The notes beneath the pieces are model-generated. The model saw only the letters and a program-made list of their open reading frames with translations, was not told the origin of the DNA and searched no databases. Shown piece after piece: positions 17,994-27,265 of a DNA stretch of 49,490 nt (the first letter of the stretch is position 1; each line of letters opens with the position of its first letter). Made by a program: the position numbers and the translations under genes. The DNA comes from a virus (taxonomy: Duplodnaviria > Caudoviricetes), in IMG/VR virus record IMGVR_UViG_3300022666_000217, positions 1 through 49,490 of that record, one strand, 5' to 3'.

Positions 17994-18315
17994 AGCGTGT
18001 GCTCAGGAATTTCAGCACATCAAGGAGAAGATGAGTACCATAGAAGAGAAGGTGAATGAAGTGAATGCAAAGCTCTTCGAGAATAATGGTGACTCTCTCA
18101 GCACTAGAGTAACGGTAATGGAGAAGTGGGTAGAGGCAGAGATGAAGACTCGTTCACTGCTAAAAACAGGGCTCATAACTCTGCTTACTGCTCTAGGAAT
18201 CCAGATCGCTCTGGGGGTGTTCAACAGAATTGACATTCTAAGAACACAAGATGCTCTTATTAACCACGATAATCTAGTCGTGCAGAAAGTAGTACCGAAA
18301 CAGGATCACGAATAG
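17956..18315 (+). CDS. Coiled-coil plus single-TM membrane protein (XhlA/holin-like)
   Basis: N-terminal heptads then hydrophobic GLITLLTALGIQIALGVF; GAGGAG RBS. Confidence 0.6.
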   Translation: MPQIPKYTCVNPEACAQEFQHIKEKMSTIEEKVNEVNAKLFENNGDSLSTRVTVMEKWVEAEMKTRSLLKTGLITLLTALGIQIALGVFNRIDILRTQDALINHDNLVVQKVVPKQDHE

Positions 18316-18407
18316 TGTACTATTACGGATGTCTGGTTATAGGATTCTGGCTCGGATTCGCTGCCGCAGCTATGCTCTTTGTAAGTAGCGACAGGAGGAA
18401 ATTGTGA
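18315..18407 (+). CDS. 30-aa single-TM micropeptide
   Basis: Not in track. MYYYGCLVIGFWLGFAAAAMLFVSSDRRKL; TAGTG overlap upstream and GTGA overlap downstream. Confidence 0.6.
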   Translation: MYYYGCLVIGFWLGFAAAAMLFVSSDRRKL

Positions 18408-19243
18408 AACGTTTAGCTCTCTTATTCTTCCTACTGGCTTTCACTGCTAATGCTGATATTACGTCCAATCTACAGGTCCATATTGATTTTGAGGACCGTT
18501 ACGCGGATCAGTCTAGTGTGGGCCGGACTGTTAATAAGGATGGGACACTAAACTATGTGACTGGTAAGGTAGGAACTAAGGCTGGGTCATTCGACACTGG
18601 GGCTTACCTGACCATCTATGACTCTCCAGGTGGTCTGGAAGGAGTTGCTGACTTTACCTTGTCTGCCTGGATCAAGCCAGATGATACGACCAGCAACCTG
18701 GACAATCTGGTCTTGAAGCCATCGGGCTATAAGATTCGCAGGAAAGACACGGCTAATGGCTCCTCGTGGACTTCGTACATCTTTGACAGTGAAGGTCACC
18801 GCCAAGATCCTGTATCAGCTAACAATGTCGGGGCCAGCACTGACTGGAACCATATTTGCATGACCGTGTACCTTAGTGGGGCAGGGACCACGATTAAATA
18901 CTATATCAACGGGAGTCTTGCACAGACCATCACAGATCCGGCTTCATGGACAGACCTAATTGCTTCTGGAGACAACTGTACGGTTGGGGCGACTACAGCA
19001 GACTTCGACGATATCCGTATGTATGATAGGGCTTTGAGTGCAGATGATGTTACTGAGCTCTATAATCTAGGAAGCTCAGCTACTCCTACGCCTACGTCAA
19101 CTTTCACTCCTACTCCGACAAATACAGTTCCAACCCCTACTCCTACGGTACCGACACCTACTCCTACAGTGACGGAAACTCCGATAGTGATAAAGGTGTT
19201 AGGAGCTGACTCGATAATAATTCAACGAGTGTTCAAGAGATAG
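18404..19243 (+). CDS. Signal-peptide LamG/ConA-like domain protein with PT linker
   Basis: MKRLALLFFLLAFTANA signal; FTLSAWIK, WNHICMT, YINGSL, DDIRMYDRALS motifs; PT repeats. Confidence 0.85.
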   Translation: MKRLALLFFLLAFTANADITSNLQVHIDFEDRYADQSSVGRTVNKDGTLNYVTGKVGTKAGSFDTGAYLTIYDSPGGLEGVADFTLSAWIKPDDTTSNLDNLVLKPSGYKIRRKDTANGSSWTSYIFDSEGHRQDPVSANNVGASTDWNHICMTVYLSGAGTTIKYYINGSLAQTITDPASWTDLIASGDNCTVGATTADFDDIRMYDRALSADDVTELYNLGSSATPTPTSTFTPTPTNTVPTPTPTVPTPTPTVTETPIVIKVLGADSIIIQRVFKR

Positions 19244-19253
19244 GGAGGATACA

Positions 19254-20600
19254 ATGAAACGAGTTTGGCTTGCGACTCTAATTCTAGGCTGGAGTATCGT
19301 AGCTGGGGCACAGACAGATACTCCTACGCCTACACCGACGTTTACTAATACTGCGACAGCTACACCGACTACTTTACAGCTGTATATCGACTTCGAGAAT
19401 CGATATACAGACCAATCTGGAGTGGGAAGAACAGTTACTAAAGACGGAACGGTGAGCTATATCAACAGTCCTAGAGGCTATGGTGGTTCTTTCTCTACAG
19501 CTTCCTTTCTGACAATCTCTGCAGCTTCACCTAACTTAGACGGCATCGCTAATCATACCTGGGCCGCTTGGTTTAAGAGAGCAGATATTGCCACTACTAT
19601 TAACGAGATCATACTCAAGGCTAGTGCCTGGGATGTTAACGTCGACGCTAATACAGACGGGGAATGGTCTGGCACAGTCTATGATGCCTCAGAAACTGCT
19701 CTTAACTTTACTACTACAGGTGATAGTGCAGAGACCACGAACTGGAAGCACTTGGCTGTGGTTACTAGCCTAGATGGGAGCCCGAAAAGTGTGAAGTTCT
19801 ACCTCGATGGAGCTCTGATATCTACGGTTACTACCACGATAGCTTTGATGGACAGCTCAGTATCTAACCTATTCGTTGGTAAAGAAGGAATAGCCCTGGA
19901 TGAACTTCAGGTGTGGAACAGATCCTTGAATGAGACGGAAGTCTACGTCTTAGCTCAAGCGTATACACCTACGCCGACTATTACTAATACACCGACTCTT
20001 ACTAAGACCTTTACTCCGACAATTACCAATACGCCGACTAAGACTGCTACTTTTACTAACACGATAACCACTACACCTACTGTCACCCGTACGCCGACGA
20101 GAACATATACTGGCACTTTCACTCGGACACCGACTAAGACGGCTACTCCGACAAGAACCTTATCCCCGACTAGAACAGCCACTCCTACTCCTACTGGAGT
20201 AATAGGCTCGTATACCCTGGGAGTGCCGGAGACCTCGGCAGCTTTGGGTAGCACAATCTATGATGTATCGGCCACTGCGGTAAGTAACGCCTCGGGCGAG
20301 GCCTTGCTACCTTTGGGTAACCTGATTGGATTACTGGCCTATATCGAGTTTGATCCAGCTGATGGAGACTTAGCACCGAGTGATAACTACGACTTCACCC
20401 TCCTGTCAGTGGAGATGGACGACGGTAATGTATTCGGAACTGGCGGGGATAACTTAGACTACCTGAACTCCGAGCTACGCTGTCCTAAGGTTGGAGATGC
20501 AGTGTTAACAAACCTACCTCTCAATGGGATATATAGAGCACGTTTCCAGAACATGGGAGACGCTAATAGAGTTGGATTTAAGCTCAGGATAGTAAAATAA
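19254..20600 (+). CDS. Signal-peptide LamG/ConA-like domain protein with long T/P repeats
   Basis: MKRVWLATLILGWSIVAGA signal; WKHLAVV, FYLDG, LDELQVWNRSL; paralog of 18404-19243. Confidence 0.85.
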   Translation: MKRVWLATLILGWSIVAGAQTDTPTPTPTFTNTATATPTTLQLYIDFENRYTDQSGVGRTVTKDGTVSYINSPRGYGGSFSTASFLTISAASPNLDGIANHTWAAWFKRADIATTINEIILKASAWDVNVDANTDGEWSGTVYDASETALNFTTTGDSAETTNWKHLAVVTSLDGSPKSVKFYLDGALISTVTTTIALMDSSVSNLFVGKEGIALDELQVWNRSLNETEVYVLAQAYTPTPTITNTPTLTKTFTPTITNTPTKTATFTNTITTTPTVTRTPTRTYTGTFTRTPTKTATPTRTLSPTRTATPTPTGVIGSYTLGVPETSAALGSTIYDVSATAVSNASGEALLPLGNLIGLLAYIEFDPADGDLAPSDNYDFTLLSVEMDDGNVFGTGGDNLDYLNSELRCPKVGDAVLTNLPLNGIYRARFQNMGDANRVGFKLRIVK

Positions 20601-20605
20601 CGTCA

Positions 20606-20622
20606 TGTAAGAAAATCTTACA
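20606..20622. promoter_or_regulatory. Palindromic box 7 TGTAAGAAAATCTTACA
   Basis: 12 nt upstream of the portal ATG. Confidence 0.85.
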
Positions 20623-20634
20623 CGAGGGACTACA

Positions 20635-22602
20635 ATGCCAATACAGATTACAGGTGGCTATAGCAAAGATACAGTGCTCGATCCCACTGTACGATACTCC
20701 TACGAATACCCTCTTGGCTTGAATGTCAAACCTGGGTCTAAACTTCACGACAGGATTCGTACTGAAGTCTTAGCCAGGGCGAGGGAAAGTAGAAGTATCA
20801 TGAGCAGAAGATTCGACGCGTGGAAGAAGATTGATAGAACTCTAACCGCGTATATTCCGCTCAAGGATAGTGAGACTGTAGTTAAGCAGAAAGACCCGAA
20901 TAAACCTGTATCCATTGTAGTCCCCTCGTCCTACGCTACTTTGGAGACACTACTCACGTACCTTACTGGTACTTTTCTCACCCCTCCTATTTTCAAGTAT
21001 GAGGGAGTAGGCCCGGAAGACCTCTATGGGTCGATAATGCTGGAGATTCTTATCGACTATCATATCAGGAAAAGTAAGGTAGGGCTCAACCTGCATACCA
21101 TGTTTCGTGACGGACTTGCCTATGGTACAGGTATTGCCACACCTTACTGGACAAAGAGGACTGGTACTAGGACAGGTGTAGGAGAGCAGAACGTAACAGG
21201 GTCTATGGGAGGAGTCATAGAAACCAGGAAGACTCTGACAGTCGAGGATGTGATATACGAGGGAAATGCCTTGGCTAATGTCAACCCTTTCCTATATCTG
21301 CCAGACCCTAATTTTCCAGCCCACGATATACAGAAGGGTGAGTACGTAGGGTGGATTAGCAGGACTAATAGGAATAACCTGCTCAAGGAAGAGCAGATCA
21401 GCGAGGATCTCTTCAACTGCAAGTATCTGAAGCACACAGATGGCAGATCAGCTTTATACTCTGAGACTGCTACATACCTTGGCTCTGAGAGAAGTGGAAC
21501 TGGAGAAACCAGCGCGGCCTCCAGTATTACTAAACCAGTGGACGTAGTCTACATGTATATAACTCTGATCCCCTCGGATTGGGAGCTCGGAGATAGCGAT
21601 TATCCAGAGAAATGGTTATTCGCTGTAGCAGGTGATGAAATAGTGATCAAGGCGATGCCACTGGGCTTGAACCACAATCTATATCCAGTCGTGGCCGCGT
21701 GCCCTAACTTCGACGGCTATTCAGCGACCCCAGTGGCTTCCCTTGAAGTGTGCTATGGTTTGCAAGAGGTTATGGACTGGCTTTTCAATAGTCATATAAC
21801 CAATGTCAGGAAAGCTATTAACGACATGATTATCGTCGACCCGATGCTGATCAATGTCGAGGATCTTATGAATCCTGAGCCTGGTAAGATAATTCGGACT
21901 CGTAGAAGCCGCTGGGGGGAGGGAATACAGAACGCTATTACTCAGCTTAAGATCAGCGATGTGACTCAGAATAATATAAACGATGCTGTTTACGTTAATG
22001 ACATTATACAGAGAGTCAGCGCTATTACCGATTCCCTGCAAGGGATTATGAGAACAGGTGGGGAAAGAAGGTCCGCGACGGAGAGTAGAGAAACTCGAGG
22101 ATCTGCGCTTAGCCGCCTGGAGAAGATGGCCAGACTTATCAGTATGCAGGCTATGCAGGATCTCGGTGAGATGTTTGCTAGTCATGCTCAGCAACTTATG
22201 AGTGCCGATGCCTATGTCAAGGTCATGGGCAAGTGGGAAGAGACTCTAAGGACAGAGTATCAGATCACAGATCCTAGAATCAGAGTCTCGCCTTTGGACC
22301 TGGCGGTTAACTATGACGTCGTAGCCTACGATAATACAGTAGGTGGCGGCGAGTATATCGACAGTTGGATTCAGATATTCCAGATCGTTTCTCAGAATCC
22401 TGCTGTTTCAATGCAATTCGATCTCGTAAGGATTTTCCTCCACATGGCCAGGCTTATGGGAGCTAAGAATCTTCAGGATTTTATAAACAAAGCTCCTATG
22501 ATGGCTCCTCAGGTTATGCCAGACGAGCAAGTTATGCAGCAAGCTGATGCTGGTAATATGATTCCAATGGAGGCCATGTATGCTCAGCAAGGGGCTTATT
22601 GA
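20635..22602 (+). CDS. Portal protein (podovirus type)
   Basis: 655 aa; DGLAYGTGI, FLYLPDP, SATE motifs, Q-rich tail; position before scaffold and capsid. Confidence 0.85.
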   Translation: MPIQITGGYSKDTVLDPTVRYSYEYPLGLNVKPGSKLHDRIRTEVLARARESRSIMSRRFDAWKKIDRTLTAYIPLKDSETVVKQKDPNKPVSIVVPSSYATLETLLTYLTGTFLTPPIFKYEGVGPEDLYGSIMLEILIDYHIRKSKVGLNLHTMFRDGLAYGTGIATPYWTKRTGTRTGVGEQNVTGSMGGVIETRKTLTVEDVIYEGNALANVNPFLYLPDPNFPAHDIQKGEYVGWISRTNRNNLLKEEQISEDLFNCKYLKHTDGRSALYSETATYLGSERSGTGETSAASSITKPVDVVYMYITLIPSDWELGDSDYPEKWLFAVAGDEIVIKAMPLGLNHNLYPVVAACPNFDGYSATPVASLEVCYGLQEVMDWLFNSHITNVRKAINDMIIVDPMLINVEDLMNPEPGKIIRTRRSRWGEGIQNAITQLKISDVTQNNINDAVYVNDIIQRVSAITDSLQGIMRTGGERRSATESRETRGSALSRLEKMARLISMQAMQDLGEMFASHAQQLMSADAYVKVMGKWEETLRTEYQITDPRIRVSPLDLAVNYDVVAYDNTVGGGEYIDSWIQIFQIVSQNPAVSMQFDLVRIFLHMARLMGAKNLQDFINKAPMMAPQVMPDEQVMQQADAGNMIPMEAMYAQQGAY

Positions 22603-22831
22603 CGAGTTCGAGGACGGAATAGTCTGGTATAAGATTCGAGAGATGATTAAGGAGTTCATAAACGAATCTTTTGTCAATATCAGCAAGGCCCAGACTATGG
22701 AGGAAGTAAGGAAGGAACAGGGTCGGTTAGAGATCCTGCAACAGGTCGAGGATTGGCCTAGTATAGTTTACAGTAGGGAGCTTATCAATGACTCTAGAAG
22801 CGACAGAGACACAGACACCGGAGCCGAGTAA
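22580..22831 (+). CDS. Small hypothetical head-module protein
   Basis: 83 aa helical protein between portal and scaffold. Confidence 0.65.
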   Translation: MLSKGLIDEFEDGIVWYKIREMIKEFINESFVNISKAQTMEEVRKEQGRLEILQQVEDWPSIVYSRELINDSRSDRDTDTGAE

Positions 22832-23648
22832 TGAGGAACTTTCTTCTATGCTCGACGCCCTTATGGGTGTTATTCAACCAAGTGGGCAAGATTCTGCACC
22901 TGATAAGGGTCCTGTGGTTGACGATCAGGTACAGGATACTGATGAGGAGGCTTCCGACACAGAAGTTGAAGCCGAGGTCGAGCCTGAGAAAGAGCAGGAA
23001 GCAGTAGAAGGGCAGGATAGTTCTGCTCCAGATGACAGGGCTGAGCTTCTGAGACAAATCAATGAGCTTAGTGCTGAGCTGGCTAGAACTAAAGCAGGGG
23101 GTTCGACTGCGGTGAGTACCGAAGGTTCTCCCACGCCTCAGTCGACCCCTGCTCCTGCTACGCCCCCAGTAACCGCGGCCTCGCTGGAGGTTACTGAAGA
23201 CGAGTTCGCCGAGGCTCTTACGAGCAGGGATGGTATGGCTAAGCTCATGGCTAAGGTGTATTCTGCAGCAGTACAGCATACCATGCTGCAACTTCCACCT
23301 CTAGTGCAGAATGTTACTGCACAGCAGATTGCTATGAATAATGCAGTAGCCGACTTCTATAAGAAGAATGAGGACTTAGCTCCCTATAAAGACTTCGTAG
23401 CTCACATGGCTACGCAGGTGGCCAGCCAACATCCAGATTGGCCTGAGCATAAGGTGATCGAGGAGTTGCCTAAGGTGGTGAGAGAGAAGCTTAGGTTGAA
23501 TGCTCCAGTTAAGCAGAAAGCAGTGCCTAAGAAACCTGCGTTCGCCACCCCGACACAAGCGAAAGCAGCCCCGAAAGGGGAGAGAATTAAAACCTTCGAG
23601 GATGAGATTAACGAGTTGCTGAACTCAGGAGTAGCAAGAAAAATATAA
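22788..23648 (+). CDS. Putative capsid scaffolding protein
   Basis: Acidic disordered N-terminus, helical core, basic C-terminus; synteny. Confidence 0.7.
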   Translation: MTLEATETQTPEPSNEELSSMLDALMGVIQPSGQDSAPDKGPVVDDQVQDTDEEASDTEVEAEVEPEKEQEAVEGQDSSAPDDRAELLRQINELSAELARTKAGGSTAVSTEGSPTPQSTPAPATPPVTAASLEVTEDEFAEALTSRDGMAKLMAKVYSAAVQHTMLQLPPLVQNVTAQQIAMNNAVADFYKKNEDLAPYKDFVAHMATQVASQHPDWPEHKVIEELPKVVREKLRLNAPVKQKAVPKKPAFATPTQAKAAPKGERIKTFEDEINELLNSGVARKI

Positions 23649-23665
23649 TAGGAGGAATTGGGCAG

Positions 23666-23950
23666 ATGAATGAAGAACAGCAGGTTATTGATTTCGAGGC
23701 GATTGAGAGAGAACTAGAGGAATCTCCAGACAGGGCTCCACAACCACCTCAACCACCAGCGCCACCGCAACCAGACGACAATGTTGTTAGATGCACTATG
23801 GTGGTTAACAGAGCTTTAGAAAAGTTTGACTGTGAGCTCGATGTCGATGTAGTGCTTAATAGTCGACGGGGCTTAGTAAATCTAGTGAAAGTGATAAGGA
23901 GACAGAAAGATGCCTCTTCCAGAGAAGCAAGTAACACTGGCCAGGAATGA
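23666..23950 (+). CDS. Hypothetical protein
   Basis: 94 aa, AGGAGG RBS, proline-rich linker. Confidence 0.65.
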   Translation: MNEEQQVIDFEAIERELEESPDRAPQPPQPPAPPQPDDNVVRCTMVVNRALEKFDCELDVDVVLNSRRGLVNLVKVIRRQKDASSREASNTGQE

Positions 23951-24242
23951 AACGGCAGTAACGTTTATTACTGCTGCGACAACCCTAGGTCTCTATCAGA
24001 ATGTGGTTAGAGCTTCCTCATCGGGCTCTGCCTATACAATCACACTGCCTTCGGTAACCGAGGCGAAGGGTATGTCCTTTACCTTCAACGCGACAGCGAT
24101 TAGTGGTAATATCACTATCGCCCATGCTGGAGATTCCGAGCAGTGGACCAACATCGTGCTAAATGGCGCTAATGATGGTGTAGCCCTCTTCAGTGATGGA
24201 CGTAAGTGGTGGACAATCGCTAGCCTCGGAACACCGGCGTAA
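23910..24242 (+). CDS. Putative head decoration/fibre protein A
   Basis: YTITLP...LFSDGxKWW; paralog of the next gene; upstream of MCP. Confidence 0.6.
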   Translation: MPLPEKQVTLARNETAVTFITAATTLGLYQNVVRASSSGSAYTITLPSVTEAKGMSFTFNATAISGNITIAHAGDSEQWTNIVLNGANDGVALFSDGRKWWTIASLGTPA

Positions 24243-24253
24243 GGAGGAATACG

Positions 24254-24712
24254 ATGCCTCTTCCAGCAAAACAAGTAACATTAACGAGGAATGAGGAACC
24301 TGTAACTTTCCTCTCTCTTACTACCAAGGCGATTCAGTTAGACCCAGCTGATCCTGCTGTAACGACGGCTGCAACTACTCTTGAACTTCGTCAACAGGTA
24401 GTACGTGTAACTGTGGCTACTACGACAGGGAGAGAAGTAGTAGGAAAGTATACAATAACTCTTCCGAATGTAGCTGAGGCCAAGGGTATGTGGTTCTCAG
24501 TTATTGCCTCTTCTCTCTATGCTACTGCTACTGATGCGACTTCGTCTGTGGTAATTACCCACGGTATTGGAGGCTCTGAGCAGTGGACAGATATTACACT
24601 CAATAACACTTGGGCAGGAGAGCCTGCTGCTCCTGTAATAGAAGGAGTACTTCTATTTAGCGACGGATTGAAATGGTGGACAGCTGCAACGTTAGGCGAT
24701 CTAACACAGTAA
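24254..24712 (+). CDS. Putative head decoration/fibre protein B
   Basis: MPLPAKQVTLTRNE vs MPLPEKQVTLARNE; AAGGAGG RBS. Confidence 0.6.
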   Translation: MPLPAKQVTLTRNEEPVTFLSLTTKAIQLDPADPAVTTAATTLELRQQVVRVTVATTTGREVVGKYTITLPNVAEAKGMWFSVIASSLYATATDATSSVVITHGIGGSEQWTDITLNNTWAGEPAAPVIEGVLLFSDGLKWWTAATLGDLTQ

Positions 24713-24736
24713 GTGAATCAATAAGGAGGAAAGTAA

Positions 24737-26107
24737 ATGGCTGTAGCAATCCCAGGACTTATCGGCTCCGGAGATTGGAGCTCAGATGAAAGGCCGCTGA
24801 ACTGGCGGCAAGGTGTACTCAGGATGTACCCGAACGGAGATGCTCCTTTGACGGCTATCCTGAGTAAGTTTAGGAACGAGAGTGTTAATGATCCAGAGTT
24901 TAACTGGTGGACCAAGAGCCTGGAGACACAGTTGGTGGATTGTGCTCTGTACACCGATGTGGGTCTTAGCACGGCGTATGGCTCGGGGGCTAATAATAGC
25001 ACTGCTGGAGCAGCAGCAGGGACTATGCTCTATGCTAAAGTCGCTGCTGCAGATGTAGTGCACTTTATTCCTGGACAGCAGGTTCTGCTTAGGAACCCTG
25101 AAGTTGCCTTTGTCACAGTCGTAGGTAAGGTGACTGCAGTGGTAACTAACGGAGCCAGCTCCTATGTTGCGGTCTATCTGCTTGAGGCTGACGACAATGG
25201 ATACGGGTATAATCCCAGGTATTCAACCTACAGGTCTTGGCTCTTTGGTGCCTGGAACGGCAGTGCAGTGAACGACTGCACCCCAACTATCCAAGTGGCA
25301 GGAAGTATCCACCCGGAAGGTGGAGAGATGCCAGGGGCTGTAACTTATCGGCCCACGAAGTATAGCAACTACACTCAGATTTTCCGCAGTGCAGTTGAGA
25401 TCACTCGTACCGCTCGGAAGACTGCTCTTCGCACCTATGATCCCTACGCTGAGGCTAAGCGTGAGGCGCTTGAGTATCACAGCATCGATCTCGAGCGGGC
25501 TCTGCTTTGGGGTATCAAGACGGAAAGAACTGGGGCGAACGGGAAGCCAGAGCGCACTACTATGGGGTATGTGACCTTCATGCGCACCTATGCTCCAAAC
25601 AATGTAGTCGACTTCAAGTTTGACACCACAAGTACCGGAACCTGGGCCAGCCTTGGCTACGACTGGCTTAATGAGAAGCTTGAGTTTCTCTTCCGGTATG
25701 GCAGCACTGACAAGTTTGTCCTCTGCGGAAATGAAGCCCTGATGGGGATCAACGCACTTGCTAAGAGTAACTCGAGTATCTATATCGAGCCCGGCCTTAG
25801 CCTGTATGGTATGAATGTCAGGCGCTGGATCACTCCTTTCGGCAACCTGATTTTGAAGACACATCCTCTGTTTAATACCGACGCGGTGATGAGGAAATCT
25901 CTGGTTATCATGGAGCTTCAGAATCTCCGTACTCGGTATATCGACGACACCATGTTCAAGCCAGATGATCGCACGAACAAGGGTGGTACAGGTCAGATCG
26001 ATGGAACCAGGGAAGAGTGGCTGACGGAGCTCGGCCTCGAGTTCCACTTCCCTGAGACCGGGATGTTGCTGTACAATGTAGGTCAGGCAGCCGCTAACGT
26101 AGCGTAA
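24737..26107 (+). CDS. Major capsid protein (SU10/DUF5309-like)
   Basis: NYTQIFRSAVEITRTA, DLERALLWG, WITPFG, WLTELGLE motifs; strong RBS; downstream hairpin. Confidence 0.88.
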   Translation: MAVAIPGLIGSGDWSSDERPLNWRQGVLRMYPNGDAPLTAILSKFRNESVNDPEFNWWTKSLETQLVDCALYTDVGLSTAYGSGANNSTAGAAAGTMLYAKVAAADVVHFIPGQQVLLRNPEVAFVTVVGKVTAVVTNGASSYVAVYLLEADDNGYGYNPRYSTYRSWLFGAWNGSAVNDCTPTIQVAGSIHPEGGEMPGAVTYRPTKYSNYTQIFRSAVEITRTARKTALRTYDPYAEAKREALEYHSIDLERALLWGIKTERTGANGKPERTTMGYVTFMRTYAPNNVVDFKFDTTSTGTWASLGYDWLNEKLEFLFRYGSTDKFVLCGNEALMGINALAKSNSSIYIEPGLSLYGMNVRRWITPFGNLILKTHPLFNTDAVMRKSLVIMELQNLRTRYIDDTMFKPDDRTNKGGTGQIDGTREEWLTELGLEFHFPETGMLLYNVGQAAANVA

Positions 26108-26124
26108 GCGTTAGCCTGTCGGCA

Positions 26125-26159
26125 GAGGGTGGGGTAGACTTGCCCCCTACCTCACCCTC
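26125..26159 (+). terminator. 13-bp hairpin without U-tract after MCP, abutting box 8
   Basis: GAGGGTGGGGTAG/CTACCTCACCCTC (one G-U pair). Confidence 0.65.
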
Positions 26160-26160
26160 A

Positions 26161-26177
26161 TGTAAGATTATCTTACA
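26161..26177. promoter_or_regulatory. Palindromic box 8 TGTAAGATTATCTTACA
   Basis: 13 nt upstream of the ATG at 26191. Confidence 0.85.
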
Positions 26178-26190
26178 CCTGGAGATAACG

Positions 26191-26862
26191 ATGGCGACCT
26201 TTCTGGATCTTAAGCTGCGTTTTAGAGAGGCCTCAGGTCGATACGATCTTATTGACTCTGACGGCACTGTTCTTACTCTAGGTGGAGATAGGTTTATCCA
26301 CTCTGGAATCAAGTACCTTGAGGATAGAGTCGACACTCCAGTAGCCTGGCAGCCGGTTACGGTCACAGCTGAGGCTGGGTCTGACACTCGGAAGATTATA
26401 GAGTGCTCTGTAGTCAAGAGCTTCTTTGTTTGCGACAGTAATGGGGATTATACGGAGCTCGAGGCTATACCGTATGGCCTTTTACTAGAATGGAAGACTG
26501 ATTCCTCAGACACAGGGACGCCTTCTTACTACTGCATTATTCCTAGCAGTAAGTACTATAAGGTAACTGCAGGAAATCCTGGAGTATATGTCGAGATATA
26601 TCCTAGCCCAGACGCCACGTATACTTACTCAGCAATAGGCCGACTGTATTCAGCTCAGATGACGCAGAACACAGATGAAAACTTCTGGTCAGTCTATTAT
26701 CCTGAGCTGGCAGTATGGGCAGCTTGTTATCAACTTGAGGTCCTCTACAGAAATACAACTGGAGCCAATGATTGGTTGGCACAGATAAATGAAGCCTTGC
26801 GAGGTGTTGACGCTATTGGGGTAGAGCAGAGTATGCCTATCTCAGTAATAATGGGAGGTTAA
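26191..26862 (+). CDS. Head-tail adaptor / tail tubular protein A-like
   Basis: Start reset to 26191 (GGAG RBS); GTPSYY, IYPSPD, YPELAVWAA pattern; follows MCP. Confidence 0.7.
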   Translation: MATFLDLKLRFREASGRYDLIDSDGTVLTLGGDRFIHSGIKYLEDRVDTPVAWQPVTVTAEAGSDTRKIIECSVVKSFFVCDSNGDYTELEAIPYGLLLEWKTDSSDTGTPSYYCIIPSSKYYKVTAGNPGVYVEIYPSPDATYTYSAIGRLYSAQMTQNTDENFWSVYYPELAVWAACYQLEVLYRNTTGANDWLAQINEALRGVDAIGVEQSMPISVIMGG

Positions 26863-26866
26863 TAGC

Positions 26867-27265
26867 ATGGCTCGACGATTTCAGACTTCTAAGGTAGTGA
26901 TTGGAGCTCGAGAGATTACAACGACGCCTCCTGCCACTGTGTCTTCAGGTGCAGCTACTGATCCTCCTTACGACGGGACGCCTTTCTGTCTATTCGCAGC
27001 TCCTTATGCAGGGGTATTGTCTAACCTGTATATCTTGACAACAGAAGACGACGCTTTCTCTTGGACTCCTGGTCTTCAAGTTAATACTGGAGTAGTTGAC
27101 CTCTCGATTACTCTGCCGACTATGAATAATAGCTCGCCCGCGGTATCTGTTCCTAATACATATACGATGTCTCAAGGAGATCAGATCTGGATGACCTACA
27201 CAGGATCTGCTCTTCCTACTGGAGCTATATGTACCATGTCCTTTAATTTTACGAGGACTGCATAA
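26867..27265 (+). CDS. Putative virion protein
   Basis: 132 aa beta-rich protein in the tail module. Confidence 0.6.
   Translation: MARRFQTSKVVIGAREITTTPPATVSSGAATDPPYDGTPFCLFAAPYAGVLSNLYILTTEDDAFSWTPGLQVNTGVVDLSITLPTMNNSSPAVSVPNTYTMSQGDQIWMTYTGSALPTGAICTMSFNFTRTA

Noticed and set aside
25223-26047. Long antisense ORFs (for example 274 aa opposite MCP, 202 aa at 13405-14013)
   Set aside because: Shadow frames of strongly coding genes, with no RBS or motifs
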